A stretch of 64,000 nucleotides of DNA from Bigelowiella natans CCMP2755 (lineage: Eukaryota; Protista; Cercozoa): contig ADNK01002286.1 in assembly GCA_000320545.1 (NCBI GenBank), positions 93,261 through 157,260 on the forward strand, read 5' to 3'. Within the stretch, counting starts at the first letter, position 1. Each line of letters opens with the position of its first letter. The translations under genes and the position numbers were made by a program. The notes beneath the pieces were generated by a model. That model ran no database searches and was not told the DNA's origin. It worked only from the letters and a program-made list of their open reading frames with translations. This document shows positions 27,827-40,641 of the stretch, one piece after another.

Positions 27827-28319
27827 ATATAATGTTCATATCACGTTTATATTATTATTATTATAGGTGTGTGGATTTGTCGGTGCCGGTGGTAACATCG
27901 GAGCTGTGGTTTGGGGATTGGTGTTTCTTTCAACACCAAACTTCAGTGACGGGTATGATGATGAAGGAAGGCTGTAGCTCAGTTATTACGAGAAAAAATG
28001 AGTGAAGTTGTAACGAATGAATTACGATATATCACAATGTATCATTGGCATCGGACTTGATGCTGTTGTTTAACTTCTTCTTTGACCTTTCTGTCACGGT
28101 ATTCATCTTATCATCTCCTTTGCTCCTCCTCCATGCAGTTACATGATCTTAGGATTCGTTGTGCTCTGCGTGGGGCTCCTGGGCATACCGACAATTAGGA
28201 CGACGCATTATGATACAATGTCACATAAGCGGAGCAAGCACAATCAGAGTTCTGCACTACAATTAGGTAGTTTGGACTCTAAGAACGACAACAGCGTCAC
28301 AAAACAAGAAATGCTTTAG
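25691..28319 (+). CDS. NRT2: High-affinity nitrate/nitrite transporter (NRT2/NNP family, MFS), 6 exons
   Basis: ARPHMRGFHLAW, AFIAWFSIAPL, GPRK, AFVGCQFWCTLMF, the nitrate signature AGGWGNLGGG, YACCFGMEL, FGLTNIFARAWGG, EGSTFGIVPYV and VGAGGNIGAV. All splice phases are consistent. Confidence 0.95.
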
Positions 28320-28967
28320 TGAAGCATGTGGGGCTTTTTGCTGTGCCGCATACACTGTTATCTGAGGACGCTGTTGTCATTCTTATGGTCTAAAGTTGAA
28401 GAAAATTACGCTAGTATGATAATGAATTTCATCCCTCACCTCCGTCATCGCAGCATCACAGCATGCCATCATTTGCTCCATGTGCACTAGTGGCTATGAT
28501 GAGCATGCGTTCATATATAAGTAATTGACTCATGTGCAGCGGTAGACGAGCACTCGCGGCACAAGTGCCAGACACACGCACACACATCTAGCTAAGACAT
28601 AGTTGTGTCGCCATGGGAGCCTACGTACTAGCTACTTCTTGTTTGATCTGCACTATATTACAATGAATGCCATGCTTCCGCTTGATAGTCAGCTTCCATC
28701 CATTACATCGGTTCATGAGGCATGCATTATAGCGTGTGGCACGGCGCTGCTACGGTGTAAGCTGGTGAGCACATGTATGTATGTAACCTGCGAAGTAATT
28801 ATATATATGTAAAATCTAATAAATGAACAATTGTTCGAGTGTTGCACACCCCATATATGCCTCGATACATTACTACGTCAAACCAGATTACACCAACTAC
28901 AATTGATACAGTGAGTCGGTACGCATTGTCATCTTCTTCGTCATTACTCCCTGGCATCGACGTACAT

Positions 28968-29359
28968 TCACTCATCGTCCTCAGACGTAGTATCTACTTC
29001 GTCATTGCCTTCGTCGCTATCATCATCGTCATCGCCGAAGATTGAGAACCTGCAAACGTAAACGGACCGACGTAGCAATTAGCACAAGCACGTGCAATAC
29101 ATGTCGCTATTACTGAGCATATCAATGCTGCGTGGGTGGACAATCTGGATGTTACTGTTGGATGTGATTGCGCAACAACAACAACAATAATGACAAAGCT
29201 ATGTGCCATTGGCTACTTGATTCTACGTTTGAATATAGCTATAGACAGAGAACAACACCTGATAGTCTTTCCTCTTCCTTCCTCTTTCTCTGCAGCACGC
29301 TCCGCCTTACAGGATACCGACCCATTAGCAGCAGTCAGTCATATTTGGAAGAATGAAAT

Positions 29360-29400
<41 letters not shown>

Positions 29401-29591
29401 GCGTTTTTATTTGATGAATCTACATTAGAATTGGAAGTACGGCATCTTACTCTGAGCTTTGCTTGCTTCATCTCCCTCCTCCGTAACGCCTCCTCTCTTC
29501 GAGTTCTATGCCTATTACATCACCATCACCAGTAAATCAGCTACAATAACTCAATCGTCACCATATACGATAAATGCATAAAGTCAATATG

Positions 29592-29627
<36 letters not shown>

Positions 29628-30956
29628 CGTAATATTACTACTACCTTCTGTACCAACTAGTCTTTCTTTCTTCAGATATGATAACGAGTTCTTCTTCTTC
29701 TTGCTGCTGCTGCTTCTCCTTTCTCTCTTCCTCTTTTTCTTTTTCTTCGTATCCATTTTTCACTACTTCCCCCTCCTCCTCCTCTTTCTTCTTCTTCTTC
29801 TTCTTCTGCTGCTGCTGCTGCTGCTCTATGTTTGCAATCTGCGCTGCTGCTTTCCTCCTCCTTTCCATGACTAGTTTTGGCCCTTCTTGAAGTTGCTGAT
29901 AAATATATCATGTACATATTCCGACAGGTGGCAGATAGTAGATAAAGTCGTATGGTGGTGGTGGTGGTGGTGGTGGTGGTGGTGGTTACTAGTAGCAGTC
30001 ATCATGTTCATGCTCAATAGGAAGAAAAAGAAACAAGCACAAAACCGTAAACAACTACTAGTTAAGAGGAATGAGTATAGGTTAGTAGTAGCTCATTAGT
30101 GAAAGAATGGAAGGCATCATCTCTAAGATGATGATCTGTGAACTACTACTTACCTCATTAGTGAAAGAATGGAAGGCATCTCTAAGATCTGTGAACTTCA
30201 TTAGGTCTCTATACAGAAACTTAAACATATGGGGCCTCATAGCATGGCCAATCAATGGGCATGGATAAAGGCGAGCATGCTCCAAATACCTAATTGTATA
30301 GAAGTACTCACTGGTCAGGAGGAGGATGATGAGAGGTAATGATAACCCCGACATAGCCACCACCATCATGAGTCAATATAACGCATCTAACAAGAGAATC
30401 GTTTTCGGTACTACCCTTGCTAGCTGCTTGTTGGTAGGCGTGATCATGCCACTCACTACGACTCACTACTACGACTCACTAGGACTCACTCTTTTGCTAT
30501 TTGGACGCCATCAGGGGTCTTCCCGCTGAAGATCATGGGGTTTTCTAGAATGGCTTCTGATACCATCACTCCGTCTGGAGAGGAGGAGTGGAGGAGGAGG
30601 AGGAGGAGGTGGAGGAGGAGGAGGAGGGGAGAAGGGAGGAGGGTTATGCTTCCCATCATTCAAAAATAGCGTATCTGCTACTACGACTGCTACTTCTGTT
30701 ACTATCATTACTACCAGCCTCTGTCTGCTTCAAGCACTTTTCCACGTCTTCAAATAGCTCTATTCCTCTACATGATGTAAAACATTCACGTATTATCATC
30801 ATTATCATCAAAACGAAGGGCAAAACAGACAGAAACAAGGCAACTTCATCATTACGACGACGACGACGACGACTACTACTACTACTACTACTACTAACGA
30901 TAGTGTTGATGTACGTCATTGCTTGTAGAATGCAAGCGGAGGATTTGAGAAAGGAG

Positions 30957-31007
<51 letters not shown>

Positions 31008-31307
31008 TTAGCACGTACATACTTACCCGTTGGAGAAAACTGGGATCTTGAGCTCTTGTTTCACCTTCCGGATGATATCAAAATTGCACGCACCTGTAGT
31101 GGAAAGAGAGAATTAGTAAAATATAACACAAGTCGTCTCGTCTCGTCTGTGGTGGAGGACTTAATGGCGGATGATAAAAAGCAAAAAGGTAGCAAAGGTG
31201 CGAGCAGTAAGGTGACAATTATGAGAGCAGCGTATTGTTCATGGTGTGCAGATACTACAAATGACTGAAGATACATCAGTGAAAGAGAAAATTTATGATA
31301 ATAATCA

Positions 31308-31341
<34 letters not shown>

Positions 31342-33050
31342 CGATAAACGGCATCATCATCCTCTTCTTGATCCTGCTCCTCCATACTTAAAGTATTTAC
31401 TGATACAAAATGCAGCTCTCGTCATTACTTACCGATCTCATGTTGCATATTGTCTCTTGTTCTTCCATGAACTGTAAGGATTTGAGCACCAGAATCTTGA
31501 AATATCATTTAACCAACATTCTTTTCAATACGCACTTAGCGCCAATATTTGGTACTAAATCTTCGCTCTCCCTCCTCTTTCTCCTCTATCACCACACCAC
31601 TACCACCACCCCAATTTTGATCATCATCGTCATCGTCACAGGAAGTATTCTTCTCTTTCCTCCTCCTCCTCTTCCTCCTCCTCCTCCTCCTCCTCCTCCT
31701 CCTCCTCCTCCTACCTTGTATAAGGCGTGCAAGCGCAAGGGTGTCCTTTTCCTTTGGTAGTATTCGTATCTTGGCCGTCACAGGAGTGTTGAGATGGAGA
31801 TGGGCTGTAAGTATCTTGCAGCATTGATCATAGACAGTAGAGTAGCAGTAGCAGTAGCACAAAGGGTTATTATTCAGGTAGATGAAATTTCATTAACTAG
31901 TAACATAATAAATGAAAAATGTCAAAATTTTGTAACATCAACAAAATTCAGTAGCAGCAGGGTTAGAAAGAAATATATCATGGTAAAAAAAAAGCAGCCT
32001 ACACGCACATTTACTCATCATCATCATCATCATCATCACCATCATCATCATCGTTGGAGACGTATATATAGACACAGGATTTCCACCTCGTCTTACATAA
32101 GAATCGTACTCTTGCTATTTTAATGATAGTAACAACGAACTAAGTCTCGCTTACCATTTCCCGTATCAGACGTGTGTCTTCCAGAAGAAAAGCTCCATAA
32201 TGACCTCTGCTCATCAAGAATCAATGAAACATATTTTAAAAAATGCAACAGCATAATACACATCGTACTTGCTTCTACTACTCATTCTTAGCAAGCCTCA
32301 AAAGTAAAGAATGCATGGAATAAAGAAATAAAAGAAGATCCCGTCAGAGAGAGAACAGCTCAGTAACCTTTTTGCAATTCCTTGAGGACATCCTAAGTTC
32401 AAATCAACACCATCGCATCGCCCTTCCACTTGCCTATTATTGTTATTGAACAGTGACCCACAAACTGAGCACACGAAACTTATACGCAGCACTACTCAAC
32501 AACGACACGTATTCATTTCTCTTGTAATTACCTTGCTGCCCCAAGGAAGAGCTCTGGTTTATTGGCACAAAACTGAGCTATGAGTGGTCTATCGCCTTCA
32601 CAAGTACCGAAAGTCTTATCGATGAATCTGTGAAGTAGTAAACAACAACAAACGTCTAAACAACAACAAACGTCTGTCGATAAGATGATGGATCTCCACA
32701 AGTAATAACTAGTTTCATTCAAGCATTTCGCAGCTTCACTTCAAAACAAAAGCTTGTTTATATTATACCCTTCCGTATCCATACACATCCGGGAATGAAT
32801 CATTGGCGTATAGCACAGATCAGCACCGTAGCGACGACATAGCATTCGAAATGCTAATTCTGACTGCCAAATTCATGTAGTAGTAGTAGGTGAATCCTTG
32901 GTGACAGCTAAAAACTATTTTCAAAGTGATGAGTAAAATTACCTGGCTAACCATTGGAGCCACAACGTATTTTGGACACCCGAGGCTATTATAAAACTCA
33001 TAAGCAGAAGATTTATTCTTTCTCTTCATCGGCTGAGCTTCTTCTGTCAT
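28968..33050 (-). CDS. DUS1: tRNA-dihydrouridine(16/17) synthase, DUS1-like, many exons
   Basis: [84 protein letters not shown] and DGVMVSEAILENP. Acidic/charged C-terminal tail. Confidence 0.92.
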
Positions 33051-34658
33051 TCCGTCTTCTCGCACTACTGCCCTGCCTTATTGAATCAGATGGATGGGTA
33101 TTCGTATAATATTTCGATTTTCTTTGACGTTGTGAAGATTGAAGTCTCAGATAGAGTGCCTGGAATTGTGTGTCCCTAATGAAAAGACGACGCCCCCCCC
33201 CTCGAAGTTCTAATCCTGGCCGTCATCGTTGTTGTCGTACCAATTATTAGTTTACTCGATTAGTTAACTACGACTTGAAATATCCATGTCGCTGGGAATA
33301 AACATCATGTATTTTTTACCAGAAAGGAACGAGAAGAGAAAGAGTGTCGGCAAAATTGGGTTGGAATTCGGAGATTATTATGATCATTACGTGGGAAGTG
33401 TTTGTTGGTAATTGTTGTCATGTCGCTGTGTGGAAATGGCACGCATTTAAGTCTGGGGAAAAAAACTACGGAAGCGAGAAGAATGGAGGTTGTGGAATGC
33501 ACTTCCGATGATCCTGTCTAGCTGTGCAACAATTGCATCATTCATTCAATCATTTGTTGATTCAATTAGCAAACTTCGTGAGTGTGGATCCCCTTGGCTT
33601 CATTCGCACACTTCCCCCCCTTCTAATTCTTCTTCTTTATCATGCATTCCGTGTGAATTTCGTTTGCAAATGAGACGTGTCAAAATCTGACCACTGCGAA
33701 GCGTGGAAGAAAACCTGGCACAAGTACTTGAGGTTCGCAGTCGCAAAAATCAATCCAGTAAGATTTGGGGGAAAATTACGGGAAGCACTAGGAAAGTGAA
33801 GATGCATAGCACGAGAAATCCGAAAGGAGAAAGCGATCATTAGCGATGAGTGAGGTGCACACTGTAGCTAGAGAATGTAATTCAAGATGTAGGCAATGGC
33901 GCGATGCTCTGCTGTGGAATTTTGCTATGTAATTTTTAACAGAGATCATTTTTACAAAAGACATGTGATGTGCCTGTGCGATGATTTTCACCATGTCATT
34001 CTAGCAATTTAGTTCAGCAGTGAGTCGTTAGCTAGTAGGCAAATTTTCATGTTGCGCATTTTTGCAATTTTTGCTACTGCCGATAGCAGGGAAATGAAAT
34101 ATGAGGTATGACCATAACACGGTTGCACACAAGAAAATGCGGGAATGTGAGGCCATGCACATGCAATGAATGTCATGCATCACGAAGACAATCGACTTGG
34201 CCAGAACATCAATTCTGCATCTCATGCTACTGTGGCAACATTTTTCAGCATCAATCCTGAGGAGGGAAGTCGATTGTGTCCGCACAACCTACTTAACCGA
34301 TGGCGATGCGAATCCACTGTTTGTCCTAGTCCAGCTGCAAGCAAAAGGGTGGCAATTCCTTCTGCAGATCGAGAACGCATCCATCTACATGTTTTATGAG
34401 TGTGTCGTGTATGCACATTTGCATGTGTGATGCTTAGGATAATTTCTATACTTTGACGAAAATATCAACAGACATTTACGGTGCGTTCATACTTGGAAAT
34501 GACTTACGTGGCAACGATGTTGATGTAAACCCTATTTTCCGATTTATCTTCATCGACGCTAAGTTCCAGTAGCTGTGTGTCCTTGTTGCTATTACCAACA
34601 ACTTTCGTCTAATTGATACAAAATGATTGCTATTGATGACTTGGTGTGAAGTAATGAA

Positions 34659-36678
34659 TCATGAGATGGAATAAATAACCCGCTTGCGCATGAGGGTTCT
34701 TGTAATATTTGGCATCTGTCTTAGTTCTGAAGCCAAACTTCTCATAGCCTTTACATCCAATCCCTATGGTTTTTCATTTTATCATAGTTAGTTTTAGTTC
34801 CTGGGCATATCACCGATTCTTCTTACAAAGTCAGCCTCCTCCTCCTTCTTCTTGTTCCTCTCTACTACTACTACTAATAATAAAATAACATCTGCCTTAT
34901 CATCTACCTTATTCTGAAGTAATATAGGGTACTCCACAACAATAGGTTTCGAAGAAGGCTTATCCAACGATGATGACAACGAAGATGGTGACAATGATGG
35001 TGGTGATGGTGATGATCCCGTGGCATATTTTGACGATTCATTTCGATGCAACGATAACACATAGGTATACTCCTCGGACGCAATTTTAACCGGCAACTCT
35101 GTTTCTTAAACATCAGTCACAAACATTATATCGTTCATTCGGATCATAGATTCATAGGAAACGAATTATATGCTAATGAGATATATGATACTTTTTGATA
35201 GCGTGTCCACGGAGACCAATTTGATCTACGATGCAAATATTGTATTTGAGTAAGTTATCAAGATCATTTGCATCGAAGTTCCTGCATCATCAACATCATC
35301 ACCACCATCACCACCACCATCACTACCATGATCACAACTATCACCCTAGTATCACCATTAATACTAACCCCTTTCGCTTGAAGTTTAGAACGTAGGAACG
35401 CAGCTATGTTGTTTGCACTCCAGTGACAAATCTAAAGTGGCATGCACGGGAATAGGAGCTGTCATATATTAAAATTCTAATGCGTGTGCGTGCGTGTGTG
35501 TGCACGCGCGCTATTTTATGTGACAGATGAGCTCAGGAGGAATGATTTTGTAATCATATTATCGTTCTACAGAATAGCCTTGATCTATGTATATTCTCCC
35601 CACTCTAATATTTCATCCAGACCTTCCATGGAGCAGCATATTTTGCACCTAATTTTTTGCCCGGTTTCGTTTTGTCTTCATCGTCATCATTGCAATTCTC
35701 AGAGGCTGCTTTGTCGGCCATTTTTTGCATCTTATCATGCTTTTTCAGGGCTTTATCAAGAACGTCGTTGATCCCTCCATCTTTTCTAAATTGTATATCG
35801 TCACAGTAGTAAAGGTAATTTATATAAGCATAAATGGAAATGTGTGTGTGTTTGTGTGTTTATGATAGAGAACGAGAGAGAGGGGGGGGGGGGGGGGGAG
35901 AAAATGAATATTTATAGGGAAATAGAAATGGCACCTTGTGCGTCTATTCTGGCGTGAAACACGTAATCTACAAAAGACCTTTGAAAACATCCATCTCATC
36001 GGTATTATCGCCATAATCAATCAATCAATCATCATTCTAAATGATAATAAATCAGGTCTGTTCCATCATCATCCCACTCTAATTGTGATAAGCTTCTGCA
36101 TAGACGACGAATTCTCTGAGTAGCGCTTTATCCTACACCTTCTCCCCTTCCTCCTATCCCCCCCGCCCCCTCCACATACACTCACTGGGAAATTTTGAGC
36201 AGCTATCCCAGATTCGATATTGGAAACGGGGAAAAGAGCAACACAATTGGGTGGCATCTTGAAGCTCCAGCACAAACACCTGTCATCATACAGCGGAAGT
36301 ATCTATTAATGATGTTGCTGCTTTATAGCTACTACATTAAAAGGAAAAATTGAAAATCAAATTCATCCAACAGCGGATACAGTACAGACTAAACGATGAT
36401 CATAGCGTATTATTGATGAAGTGAAGGATAAATTATTCGATGTTGGAGATGACTGCCTTTATTTCTTCCCTCCCCTCCCTCCCTCCCCTCCCTCCCTCCC
36501 TCCCTCCCTCCCTCCCTCCCAGATTGAAGAATTCGAGGGAGAAATCAAAAACACCTTTCCAACAGCAACGAGAGGCTGCTACTTGAAGTGCTGGAATTAG
36601 TCTTATTCCTCGCTGCTCCTGACTCGATCTTTGTTTTTGAATGGCGGCCACCATTATACGATAATGGCAAGGATGTAC

Positions 36679-36717
<39 letters not shown>

Positions 36718-36781
36718 GCTATACGATGGCAATGGTGATAACGCGACGATAGCAGTGTCAAGACAATTCTGTGTGTGAATA

Positions 36782-36844
<63 letters not shown>

Positions 36845-37340
36845 GAGAGAGTTAAATGTTGCTTCGCTGTCTACTTGAGAGGAGGAGAGGGGAGTTGTCA
36901 AATATGATAATGATGAGGATGATAAGTGATCACCATCCACCCGCCATTGACGGTGCCGTTAAAGCTGATATTCATCGAAATAGTCCGGAAATCACGCCAA
37001 TTTGCTGAGCCTAAGTCGTTGTTATATGTCCGAAAGAACTATCCCGTGATGTTGTATTATTACCGAATCAAAGGGGGAAGACGGGTACGGGTTTGATAGT
37101 GGTAAGCTCTAATGTGTGAGAAGTAGTAGGGGGGAGAGAGACTCAAATTCGTATATACTGTATTATTGCACTTACTCTGTGGAGCGAGGGCGTTTAGTCG
37201 TTCTTTCTTTATTTTCTTGATCCCAGTAGTAGATACTGAAGCAGTGGGGTTTCAATAGGAACAGCAGCAGCAACAACAACAACCACAACAACAAAAAAAC
37301 ATCCTAGTAATGTTATGATGTAACAGTGTATACGAATATG

Positions 37341-37380
<40 letters not shown>

Positions 37381-37516
37381 GCGTGTGCGTGTGCGTGTAT
37401 ACGTGTATGCGTGTTTGCGTGCGTGTGCGTTGGTTTGTTTATTCTAACAATGCAATATAGCACCAGCAACAGCTTTATTCCTTGCCGTGGTAGATCTCAT
37501 ACCGACAGGGCACCTG

Positions 37517-37549
<33 letters not shown>

Positions 37550-37993
37550 GTAGGAAGAGGATAGCAGTTGTTAGTTGGTGATATACGACTAGGAAAATCA
37601 ATAATATGCCCATGACGATGTAAGATTGCACAAAATGAGCTTAATTCGAACCCTTGTAGTAAGCGTTTTTCGAGTCTTGTTATATGTTTGAGCTGGCGCC
37701 TCGCTGTGGATCTGAAAATGCCTCCGCCCAGGATGTTGTTGTTGTTGTTGCCGCTGGCTGAAGACGACTTCTTCCTCTCTATTCGTTAGGAAAAAGAACA
37801 AAAATTTATGTTTCTTCGATCGTATATGGGCGTATTTGGAGATAAAAGCGAAGTGTTGGATAAAGAATGTTAGCTATATAGTAAACGAATAATAAAATTA
37901 GAATTAAGCTTGATTATTACTGTTGCTGCGATGACCATCGGCGGCGGTGCGTCGAGGAAGCAAAATTAAGAAAATAAGACCGTAGTAGAACAT
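34659..37993 (-). CDS. Hypothetical multi-exon protein with a signal-peptide-like start
   Basis: Splice-compatible exons MFYYGLIFLILLPRRTAA, ...RRQLKHITRLEKRLLQGCPVG, CLCWSFKMPPNCVALFP, KDGGINDVLDKALKKHDKMQK...YAAPWK and ICHWSANNIAAFLRSKL...DQIGLRGHAIK. Some junctions near 36700-37200 are unresolved, so this could be two genes. Confidence 0.45.
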
Positions 37994-38728
37994 TGAATGG
38001 TATAGGTAGGAGGGAAATGATCTGTATTTACGACTGATCATGTAATGCTGTGATGCTGCTGTCTGCCGGCTCTTGTGGTACGCACTCCCTGGTAGTGGTG
38101 AGAGTATGGTGCCTCCTTGTCCTTTCTTTCTTATTCATAGAATATTTAATCGAGATTTTGAGTTGTGTGGCGATTCATGGCCCACGCGGTAATGCAGCAG
38201 AGACAGACGCCGTGGTGGTGGTGGACGTGATGTGGTTGGTGTCTGGCCGATGATCAGGTTGGGTATCTGTTCCGAACAATCTTGAAAGTTTATTAACAGA
38301 GTCATGCATGTTTACTTGTCGCATCAAGAGAATCCAATCTGTTTTGCCCCATATATGTTCTTTCTTAATTATGGGCATTGCGACAGATACAGATCCTTGA
38401 CGCACAAGAGAAATAGATAATAAAAAAGGTTAAAAGGTAATAATTCGGGAATGGCTGCCAGACCGTAGACCCCTACGCAGTCCGGTATATATGTCCTCCA
38501 CTGTGCAATGATACATTTAATCCAAAGTTCCGTTTATAGTTAGATCAAAATAGATAATATGACGCAAAAACATACTGCAATTTAAAAGCTCCTTGCTTTC
38601 ATATTAGAAGAGGTATCTGTGCAGACAATTAAGACTTCAAACAACTATCCTAAACAGTTTTTTACCCAAGACAACGAGGGGAATAAGGACAACAAGAACG
38701 ATCAGCACGTTGCTTGTTGTAACCATAG

Positions 38729-39320
38729 ATGTTCCGCCGTCGGCTCAAACAGTTCCGCGCTTTGCGGTTGAAAAAAAAACTCGGCAATGAAGGGGGGGTC
38801 AGCTTTACGCCTGTGGGCCCAGGTTCCATGACTCCTAAGCGTGCAACGAACTTCATTCTGCAGTCTCTACAAAAAGGGTCATCTGCGAATGGTCTTTTGT
38901 ACCTCAACGAAGGCACTTTTAGTGGTGGACAGTTTGCGCTGTTCCAATTCAAACCTGTGTGGGGCCCATGGTTGGAGACGCTAAAGAAGGCACAGCAACC
39001 GACAGGCTTTCAGAATATGATGCCTCACAGCAAGATAGTCTCCACGGTAATATGAAATTACTTACTAGATACTAAGATTGATTGCTTTACCTCTTTGGGA
39101 TTGGAGGGTACGTGGGCGCCTCGCTAATCTTCAACAATGTTCAAAGTTGCATTGATTTATCTCCACAGGTGAAACATCCCGTTGGAAATCTTAATCGAGT
39201 CATCGCAAACCCTCAAAAAAAGATGTTATTAATGTGTGCAGTCATGCTTGCAAAAAAAAAAGAGGAGGCTGGCGAAGCTTAGAGCACTAAAGCTAACTGG
39301 ACTCTCGGCACAAGCTTCAC
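38729..39320 (+). CDS. Possible small basic hypothetical protein (2+ exons)
   Basis: 108-aa ORF ending at a GT donor (..KIVST|gtaat) and a downstream cag|VKHPVGNLNRVIANP exon. No recognisable motif. Confidence 0.3.
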
Positions 39321-39694
39321 ACGTGTGCGTGTGCGTGTGCATGCTGTGCTTCGAAGTCGCACATTTCACAGAAAGCACGAACAACCGAAGGACACACATT
39401 GTGGATGCGCGTGTCGTTGCAGCACCGCAGCGTACCCTGCCAGATGCATCTAGGCATGCTAGCTAGGCATGCTAGCTAGCTAGCATGGTTAGATGGGGTG
39501 CGCACCGTATGCAACTCATCTATCCTACGCTTACACATGTGGCAATGTTTTTCGATTTAGACGTTCCAAAAAAGGCAGAATTCTTCATAGTCAAATTGTG
39601 ACTGGATGCATTTTCCCCTTGTTTTCACGTGTCTACGACTGTAGTCTGAGCTGGTCACCACGTCGTCATGCACGCACAGCATGTCATAGTTGCA

Positions 39695-39873
39695 AGCGCT
39701 GTGGCTGCTCTAGCGCTGCTTTGTAAGGCTACATTGGGACGACCATTGAAAAGATTTGCGGTCATTTCATCACGTCCGTCTCATGAGCGCTGTAGCTGCG
39801 CTGCTTTACATAGCTACATTGGGATGACCATTGAAAAGATTTAATCACTCTTCATCATCACATCTGTCTCATG
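39695..39873 (+). repeat. Diverged ~90-bp tandem duplication
   Basis: Copies 39695-39785 and 39786-39873 share gctacattggga(c/t)gaccattgaaaagattt and gtctcatg. Confidence 0.85.
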
Positions 39874-40122
39874 TGCATGCGGGTAACCCACACATCCCAT
39901 TGCACCATCATCTTCGAAAAGACATCAATGCATTACACCGAGATCTTGTTTTGATCATCGAAGAAATATGGTCAAGCGTGCAATTACGATGCATTCGTGG
40001 TGTCAGTTTCAGTTGACTGCTGTCACGGTGGAATGCCATTTTTTTTTAAATGAAGCGGAAAGACGGCAGATAATGAACCAATGCGTCAGCGCACGTAAGC
40101 ATCAATGGTGTCGTGTTGGCGT

Positions 40123-40479
40123 CTAGGAATATTGGAAGAAGCCTCCTGAAGGTCTCCCTTCGCGTCTTTGCATGGCAAGCCAGACAGCTGTTTTAGCTCC
40201 CTGCTCTGCAGTTCTATGACCAGTGTGCGAGCTCACATCTGTCCTACACCACCCCGGACAGAAACTGTGACAAAAATTACACGATCGTAAAATCATAGAA
40301 GGTGAGGAGCTCCGAAGATAGAAAGGGAGGAAAACAGACAGGTTGCCTCGTGGCAGATGTATCTCTTTCACGCAACTGCTCCGACAAGATCCGGGTTAGA
40401 GTAATCACGGCCAATTTCGATGTTCCATAGCAAGAGTCTCCCCAGCCTGCTTGCAAATGCTGTTTCTTCTCCACGTCCT
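40123..40479 (-). pseudogene. 5'-truncated carbonyl reductase (CBR1-like SDR) fragment
   Basis: AGWGDSCYGTSKLAVITLTRILS (YxxxK), FCPGWCRTD, RTAEQGAKTAVWLA and PSGGFF. No upstream TGxxxGxG exon is visible, and the intervening intron has a GC donor (40346). Confidence 0.75.
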
Positions 40480-40562
40480 CTGGCGATAATTCATGTCAGT
40501 TGATTGTTCATTTGTTTTGTTATCTGCATGGTAAGTCCATCAGGAAAGCGGACCACATGGTA

Positions 40563-40604
40563 CTTTCATTGATGCAGAGAGAGGGGGGGGGGGAAGATGG
40601 AAAG

Positions 40605-40641
<37 letters not shown>

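Noticed and set aside
25691-28319. Nitrate assimilation gene cluster
   Set aside because: Only NRT2 is present. No nitrate or nitrite reductase or NAR2 was recognised in the window.
30588-31862. Long low-complexity ORFs antisense to or inside DUS1 (and similar ones in other genes)
   Set aside because: Produced by intronic trinucleotide and (AG)n microsatellites.
36077-36133. Apparent in-frame TAG in an exon (stop readthrough or alternative code)
   Set aside because: A downstream CAG acceptor gives an open, phase-consistent frame (RIRRLCRSLSQLE), and other genes here end normally in TAG/TAA/TGA.
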